This document shows positions 59,027 through 64,000 of a DNA stretch of 64,000 nucleotides, in pieces. Each line of letters starts with the position of its first letter. The stretch's first letter is position 1. The translations under genes were made by a program, and so were the position numbers. The stretch comes from a bacterium BMS3Bbin05 (lineage in GTDB: Bacteria > Nitrospirota > Thermodesulfovibrionia > Thermodesulfovibrionales > BMS3Bbin05). Under the pieces are notes generated by a model that saw nothing but the letters and a program-made list of their open reading frames with translations, searched no databases and was not told the origin of the DNA. The stretch is taken from the NCBI GenBank assembly GCA_002897855.1, contig BDTO01000020.1, positions 4,254-68,253 on the forward strand, in the 5' to 3' direction.

Positions 59027-59695
59027 GTGAGAAAAAGTTTTGTTTTTTTTCTGCTTGCCGTACCGGTCATGTTGTTTATGTCATGTTCTTCGTCTACCTA
59101 TGAGACAAGGGGAATCTCTTCCCGCACATATTACTGGACGGCATCTTACTATGGTAAAAAGTTTCATGGCAGGTCTACTGCTTCAGGCAGGATATTCAAT
59201 ATGTATGGCAAGAGCGCAGCTCATAAGTCGCTCCCTTTCGGGACCATGCTCGAGGTAACTAATATCAGTAACGGCAGAAAGGTTATTGTTACGGTAAATG
59301 ACAGGGGCCCTTTTGTAAAGGGAAGACAGCTTGATCTTTCATATGGCGCTGCGAGGCAGATAGGAATGATACAGACCGGCACTACGAGAGTGAAAGCCCG
59401 GATAATAGGAAGAGAGAGGGGCTATGTTAAAAGGGTATCATACAGTGCAAGTCAGGGACCGTATACATTGCAGGTCGGTTCATTTCGTGACAGAGAGAAT
59501 GCCTTAAGTTTGAAGAATGTTCTTCGCCATACTTACGGGGGCGTTTATATATCCAATGTCACGATAAACGGCATCAGCTATTTCAGGGTTTGCATGGGGA
59601 AATTCCGTTTCAGGCGTTTAGCGGAAAAAACAGCTGAAAGGCTTGCCGATGAAGGCTACGGCGTTATGGTAATAGCATATGACGAACGCATATAA
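59027..59695 (+). CDS. rlpA: septal ring lytic transglycosylase RlpA-like lipoprotein (DPBB plus SPOR)
   Basis: Lipobox FMSC. ASYYG..FHGR.TASG and VNDRGPF motifs. C-terminal SPOR (YTLQVGSFRDRENA). Confidence 0.88.
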   Translation: MRKSFVFFLLAVPVMLFMSCSSSTYETRGISSRTYYWTASYYGKKFHGRSTASGRIFNMYGKSAAHKSLPFGTMLEVTNISNGRKVIVTVNDRGPFVKGRQLDLSYGAARQIGMIQTGTTRVKARIIGRERGYVKRVSYSASQGPYTLQVGSFRDRENALSLKNVLRHTYGGVYISNVTINGISYFRVCMGKFRFRRLAEKTAERLADEGYGVMVIAYDERI

Positions 59696-60275
59696 CGGTT
59701 TTGAAATTGTGACTGAGTTCCATGGACATGTATGTCCGGGCCTTGCCCTCGGGTACAGGGTATCTCTTGCGGCACTGAGAGAATTTGAAGGCAGGGCGAC
59801 GGATGAGGAGTTGGTGGCCGTAGTCGAAAATAATTCATGTGCAGTTGATGCGGTACAGGTTATGACCGGATGCACGTTTGGCAAAGGAAATCTTGTTTTT
59901 AAAGATTTCGGCAAACAGGTATATACCTTTTTCAGGAGGCCGTCTTCCGGGGGGCTGAGGATATCGGTCAGGTGGATTTCCCCTCCTGAAACCGGTAAGG
60001 AAAAGGAAATGTGGGAAAGGTATATGTCCGGAGATCAATCAGAAGAGGTTCTCAAGGTGGTACATGACAGGAAAGCAAGGAAGATAGCATCGATTATGGA
60101 TGCCGGCAACAGTGAACTGTTTGACATAAAAAAAGTGGACGGACAATTGCCCGGGAGAGCGAGTATATACCCTTCCGTTGTATGTTCCGGGTGCGGTGAG
60201 AAGGTGATGGAGCCGCGTGCGAGGATAAAAGACGGCAGGATCGTTTGTATTCCGTGTATGGAGGATAACGTATGA
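59679..60275 (+). CDS. FmdE-family protein with C-terminal zinc ribbon
   Basis: FHGHVCPGLALGYR motif and C-terminal CSGC...CIPC. Confidence 0.8.
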   Translation: MTNAYNGFEIVTEFHGHVCPGLALGYRVSLAALREFEGRATDEELVAVVENNSCAVDAVQVMTGCTFGKGNLVFKDFGKQVYTFFRRPSSGGLRISVRWISPPETGKEKEMWERYMSGDQSEEVLKVVHDRKARKIASIMDAGNSELFDIKKVDGQLPGRASIYPSVVCSGCGEKVMEPRARIKDGRIVCIPCMEDNV

Positions 60276-61153
60276 AGAAACTTATTGAAAAGGCTAATAT
60301 CCTGATAGAGGCATTACCATACATAAAAGAGTTTTGCGGTAAGACATTCGTTATAAAATATGGCGGTGCAGCCCAGGTTGAAGACAAGCTGAAGGATGCC
60401 TTTGCGCAGGATGTGGTACTTCTGAAGTATATCGGTATCAATCCTGTTATTGTTCATGGCGGCGGCCCCAGAATCTCTCAGACCATGAAGCAGATGGGAA
60501 AAAAACCGGAATTCATAGAAGGCCAGCGTGTGACAGACAGAGAGACCATCGATATAGTTGAAATGGTACTGGGCGGTCTTGTGAATAAGGAAATTGTAAC
60601 TCTGATTAACAGCAATGGAGGCAGGGCGGTAGGCCTGAGCGGGAAAGACGGTGGGCTTGTAAAGGCGAAGAAGAAGGTGATCAAAAAACAGTCTCCCGAG
60701 ACCGGCGTTAATGAGATAATCGATATCGGGCTTGTCGGAGAAGTTGAATCCATAGACTCGTCGGTTCTTGCAACACTCGGCGGTAGCGGATTCATTCCGG
60801 TGATAGCGCCGGTCGGTGTTGACATACAAGGGACTACTTTTAATATTAATGCGGATTTTATTGCCGGCGCAATAGCGTCTGCCGTTGATGCCGAGAAACT
60901 CCTGCTGCTGACGGATGTCGAGGGTATTTCCAATAAGAAGGGGGAAATCCTTCCAACTCTCAGGAAGAGTGAGGTTAATAAGCTGAAGAAAAATGGAACT
61001 ATATCCGGGGGTATGCTTCCCAAGGTTGAGGCATGCGTAAATGCGTTAAAGGGTGGCGTAAAGAAGATTCACATTATCGACGGCCGCATCGAACACTGCC
61101 TGCTGCTTGAGATTTTTACGGAAAAAGGTATTGGTACGGAAATAGTCAGGTAG
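60272..61153 (+). CDS. argB: acetylglutamate kinase
   Basis: VIKYGGAA, VHGGGP and amino-acid kinase fold motifs. ATGA overlap with the upstream gene. Confidence 0.95.
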   Translation: MKKLIEKANILIEALPYIKEFCGKTFVIKYGGAAQVEDKLKDAFAQDVVLLKYIGINPVIVHGGGPRISQTMKQMGKKPEFIEGQRVTDRETIDIVEMVLGGLVNKEIVTLINSNGGRAVGLSGKDGGLVKAKKKVIKKQSPETGVNEIIDIGLVGEVESIDSSVLATLGGSGFIPVIAPVGVDIQGTTFNINADFIAGAIASAVDAEKLLLLTDVEGISNKKGEILPTLRKSEVNKLKKNGTISGGMLPKVEACVNALKGGVKKIHIIDGRIEHCLLLEIFTEKGIGTEIVR

Positions 61154-61285
61154 ACAACCTTCCTTTCCTTACGGTTTTCAATGCGCATGATAACCCTTAT
61201 CCCACCTTTCTCCTCGCCTTGCTAAGGGAAGGATGGGAGGGATTGTCCTGCGAAGGGTGACAAAATGAGTATTTGTGCAGCAGGC

Positions 61286-61825
61286 TCATAACTTGTTAAA
61301 TTCATTCCTGAAGTATGCAAGAGTATTGTCGTCGAATATGCAGAATTCTATGGTTTCAAGACTTGATGATGGATTCTCATTGAGAAACCCGGCGGATTCG
61401 CCGACAAGTATTTTTGCGCACCTGTCCTTTGGAAACCCGAAGATGCCCGAGCTTATTGCGGGCATGGAGACGCTTTTAAAGCCATTTTCCGTTGCAAGCC
61501 GGAGGGCATTGTTGACCGCGCTTATCAGCTTGTTGTCCTCATCACCTTCACCCATTCGCGGGCCGACGGTATGAATAACGGCTTTGCAGGGAAGTTTACC
61601 TGAGCCTGTGATTGATGAATGCCCAACGGGTGTAAAGCCTATCTTATCGCTCTCATCCTGAATGACCTGACCGCCTTTTCTCACAATAGCTCCCGCTACC
61701 CCGCCACCGTGCTGGAGATGAGAATTGGCGGCATTGACGATAGCATCGACATCTCTTTCGGTAATATCCCCTTTCACCAGTCTCAATGATTTGCCGTTTA
61801 ATTTCTTTTCATCAATTAATTTCAT
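61286..61825 (-). CDS. macro domain protein (ADP-ribose binding/hydrolase)
   Basis: GDIT...VDAIVNAAN..L.HGGGVAGAI and GIFGFP motifs. Confidence 0.88.
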   Translation of the reverse strand: MKLIDEKKLNGKSLRLVKGDITERDVDAIVNAANSHLQHGGGVAGAIVRKGGQVIQDESDKIGFTPVGHSSITGSGKLPCKAVIHTVGPRMGEGDEDNKLISAVNNALRLATENGFKSVSMPAISSGIFGFPKDRCAKILVGESAGFLNENPSSSLETIEFCIFDDNTLAYFRNEFNKL

Positions 61826-61836
61826 AAATCCTCCAT

Positions 61837-62082
61837 TTAAAAAACGAATTTGACCACCGGCCTGTATATACCGGAAAACATACAGGGTCCCATTCCTGAA
61901 TAATACCGGTATCCCGATGGGCTGATTACCGATACCATGTGGCCCGGTTTTGCGAAATTATTAATATTCAAAAAAGCGGTAAAGTGGACATGTCCCCCGC
62001 CGGCGAAAATAAGATGTTTTTTTATATTGGCTATTTCATATAAAAAGGTATTTATGAACCCAATCTGCATTAGTAAATTCAC
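61837..62082 (-). pseudogene. N-terminal fragment of a pyridine nucleotide-disulfide oxidoreductase family gene
   Basis: HLIFAGGGHVH ... VISPS..YYSGMGP..FSGIY resembles the Rossmann N-terminus of enzymes of about 350-400 aa. The frame stops after 81 codons, 12 nt from the macro gene. Confidence 0.5.
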
Positions 62083-62113
62083 TGAATAAAACTATATAAT
62101 AAAATATTACATT

Positions 62114-62323
62114 TTGATGAATAAATCAAACCGGAGCATGTCCGGAAGATTTGCTAAAACTATGAGAGTTCCCGTTGCCGGGGCTTTGGGAGTTTTAATC
62201 ACAGCGAAGCTGAAAGGCACGATCCCCGAACTTGCTCCACTATTGAATGCTCTTAAGAAGCACAGATTTTATATAGCTGATGAAGTTTTTAAAAAGGCGC
62301 TGATTCTCGTTCATGAGAAGTGA
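62114..62323 (+). pseudogene. C-terminal fragment of a DUF3368 (PIN-like) protein gene
   Basis: GALGVLITAKLKG.IP...PLLNAL....FYI pattern only. The N-terminal PIN-like part is missing, and the only available start is TTG. Confidence 0.45.
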
Positions 62324-62371
62324 GGAAAAGCCGCTTGCTTTTTAAATTATTTCTGCCGGGCGTTTTTTTTC

Positions 62372-62400
62372 TTGACAAATGAGAATAATTCATGATAAAT
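62372..62400 (+). promoter_or_regulatory. candidate promoter, TTGACA-17-ATAAAT
   Basis: TTGACA at 62372-62377 and ATAAAT at 62395-62400, about 105 nt upstream of the 62506 start. Confidence 0.4.
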
Positions 62401-62505
62401 GTATGTCTACATGGAAGGGAATAAGTAAAAAAAGTTCAACCAACCCCCATCGGTTCTAACTTTATATAATGTGAACATATATTTATTACTGGAGGACAAA
62501 AGGAT

Positions 62506-62742
62506 TTGAGGTCCATCTGTTGCTCAGTGTCTGCCGTATATACCTTTACATCCGTCATAAAGCGCCGTTTAATCATAGTGTTGTTGTTTTCCCTCCTTTC
62601 ACCCATGCTTTTATTTTCCTCCTTTGCAGATGCATCCGGCATGACCCTTGAAAAAGAACTCCGGACCGGACTTGAGAAGAGCAGGGCGATCATTGAGAGG
62701 ATAGAGGGCAAGCTCCCCGGCCGGAAGCCGGATAACGGATGA
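62506..62742 (+). CDS. signal-peptide-bearing N-terminal part of the downstream transglutaminase-domain gene (frame 1, ends at TGA 62740)
   Basis: TTG start after GGAGG/AAGGA. Hydrophobic signal (LIIVLLFSLLSPMLLFSSFA). The reading continues sensibly in the +1 frame from about 62705. Confidence 0.5.
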   Translation: MRSICCSVSAVYTFTSVIKRRLIIVLLFSLLSPMLLFSSFADASGMTLEKELRTGLEKSRAIIERIEGKLPGRKPDNG

Positions 62743-64000
62743 TATAGATGATCTAAAGACCCTTTCTGAGGATATCAGGATTACACACATGCTTCTCCAG
62801 GAGAGATTCGGCATACGTACCGGATCGCTGAAGACCCTGGGCAAGGCAAAGGCAATAGCAATAGAGAGGCACAGAGTCATGGAAGAGGGATACAGAAAGG
62901 CCCTCAATGAGTATCTAAGTCTTATAGACAGCATACCGCCTGATGGAACAGTGTCACAGACAACACTTGATATACTTCAAACCCTCCTTAAAACAATCCT
63001 TCACAAAAAGAAGCGGCCCATATTGGGAAGCCTTCCGTATAAACATCCTGATTATCCTGCGAAACAGCCGGACACAACTCTCTCCATAAAACCCGCATAC
63101 AAAGGCGGGGGCCAAACAACCGGTCCCGAAGATACAGCAGGCACACCCCTTGCGCCGATTAATAACGAGATAGCCGCACTTGCCCAGACACTGAACTGGA
63201 ATCCCGTATCCATATATGAGTGGGTAAAGAACAACATAGAGACAGAGTGGTACCGGGGGTGTATGAAGGGAGCAGCAGAGACCCTTCGGCAGAAGAGCGG
63301 AAATGACTGTGACCAGGCGGCGCTGCTTGTTGCGCTTCTCCGCGCATCGGGATTTCCCTCCAGGTACGTAAGGGGAACGATCGAATTTTTTGCAGGCAGA
63401 GATGCACCGATAGAGAAGATAAAGAACCTCACAGGTATAGAAGACCCCATGAAGATAGCGGAGTTTTTCCAGAAGGCGGGGATACCGTATACACCTGTGA
63501 TACAGGGTGGGAAGATCGCAAACTTCCGTATAGAGCACATATGGGTAGAGAGCTACATCCCCTATGCAAACTACCGGGGCGCTATCATAGACGAGCACGG
63601 CAAGACATGGCTCGGGCTTGACACAAGCATAAAGGTAACAGGGTATGAATACAACAGTCCGATGGATATTTTCAGTCATCCTGAACTTGTTTCAGGAACC
63701 CTTGCAAACATAAAAGACAAATACCTCAGCGCAGTGCAGACAGAGACACCTCTTGAGTACTTGAGGTCTCATATCAATACAGAACTCGAAACCGGCAACC
63801 CGCAACTCGTATACAATGATTTCCTGAAAATGCGGACATTGCTCCCCGAGGTCATGAACATCCTTCCCGCAGGTATGCAGTTTGACCAGAAGAGGATAAC
63901 ACATGAGTATACAGAGATACCGGCTGAACTCATCCATAAAGTGCGGTTTACCGCAAGAGATTCCAACAACACAGAGCTCCTGAACATTGAACTGAACACT
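62741..64000 (+). CDS. large transglutaminase-domain protein, body in frame 2, 3' end off-window (not in the ORF track because there is no stop)
   Basis: Translated manually: ...SGNDCDQAALLVALLRASGFPSRYVRG ... EHIWVESYIPYANYRG (Cys/His core). Open from 62705 to the window edge. The first ATG in this frame is at 62789. Confidence 0.8.

Noticed and set aside
62954-63679. Minus-strand ORFs of 241, 162 and 82 aa
   Set aside because: They lie antisense to the plus-strand transglutaminase-domain frame, which has clear family motifs. The minus-strand products are Cys/Arg-rich nonsense.

Overview
This is a bacterial chromosomal window of about 70 genes, mostly housekeeping, plus a respiratory operon and several unusually repeat-rich intergenic regions. 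All calls rest on motifs in the supplied ORF translations and on my own reading of the DNA. No database or covariance-model search was run.

Conserved housekeeping blocks:
- thrS-infC-rpmI-rplT-pheS-pheT
- phoH-pgpH-ybeY-dgkA
- queA / spoIID-like / DUF2905 / queH
- ruvCAB
- argH and gmhA
- tRNA-Ser, then ffs-dnaX-ybaB-recR
- dxs-ispA-guaA-guaB
- trmFO-xerC-hslVU
- argB

Respiratory genes:
- A multiheme cytochrome runs off the left edge.
- A Rieske/cytochrome b operon (30.7-34.4 kb) is flanked by two paralogous pentaheme cytochromes.
- Two triheme c7-type cytochrome genes sit in tandem at 52.6-53.2 kb.

Several neighbouring genes overlap by ATGA, which suggests translational coupling. The gene order is Firmicute-like and multiheme cytochromes are abundant, which points to an anaerobic Nitrospirota- or Deltaproteobacteria-like lineage. 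I cannot establish the taxon from sequence alone.

Most unusual content (non-coding):
- A roughly 143-bp element with terminal inverted repeats occurs three times. Each copy is flanked by a perfect 6-bp direct repeat that differs between loci, as expected for target-site duplications.
- A roughly 125-bp segment bounded by inverted repeats occurs at two loci in opposite orientations, each time next to the same 84-bp module. It is either an inverton-like element or a site-specific miniature inverted-repeat transposable element (MITE).
- There are 54-bp and 21-bp tandem amplifications and a family of CCTGAA/TTCAGG hairpins, one of which lies in frame inside a coding sequence.

Other points:
- Probable non-AUG starts for infC and phoH.
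- An A10 tract in dnaX with stop codons in both alternative frames.
- An unlisted 43-aa lipoprotein ORF coupled between argH and gmhA.
- Gene remnants: dtd, an oxidoreductase N-terminus and a DUF3368 C-terminus.
- A frame-broken large transglutaminase-domain gene that runs off the right edge.

No CRISPR array, transposase, prophage or recognisable defence system was seen.
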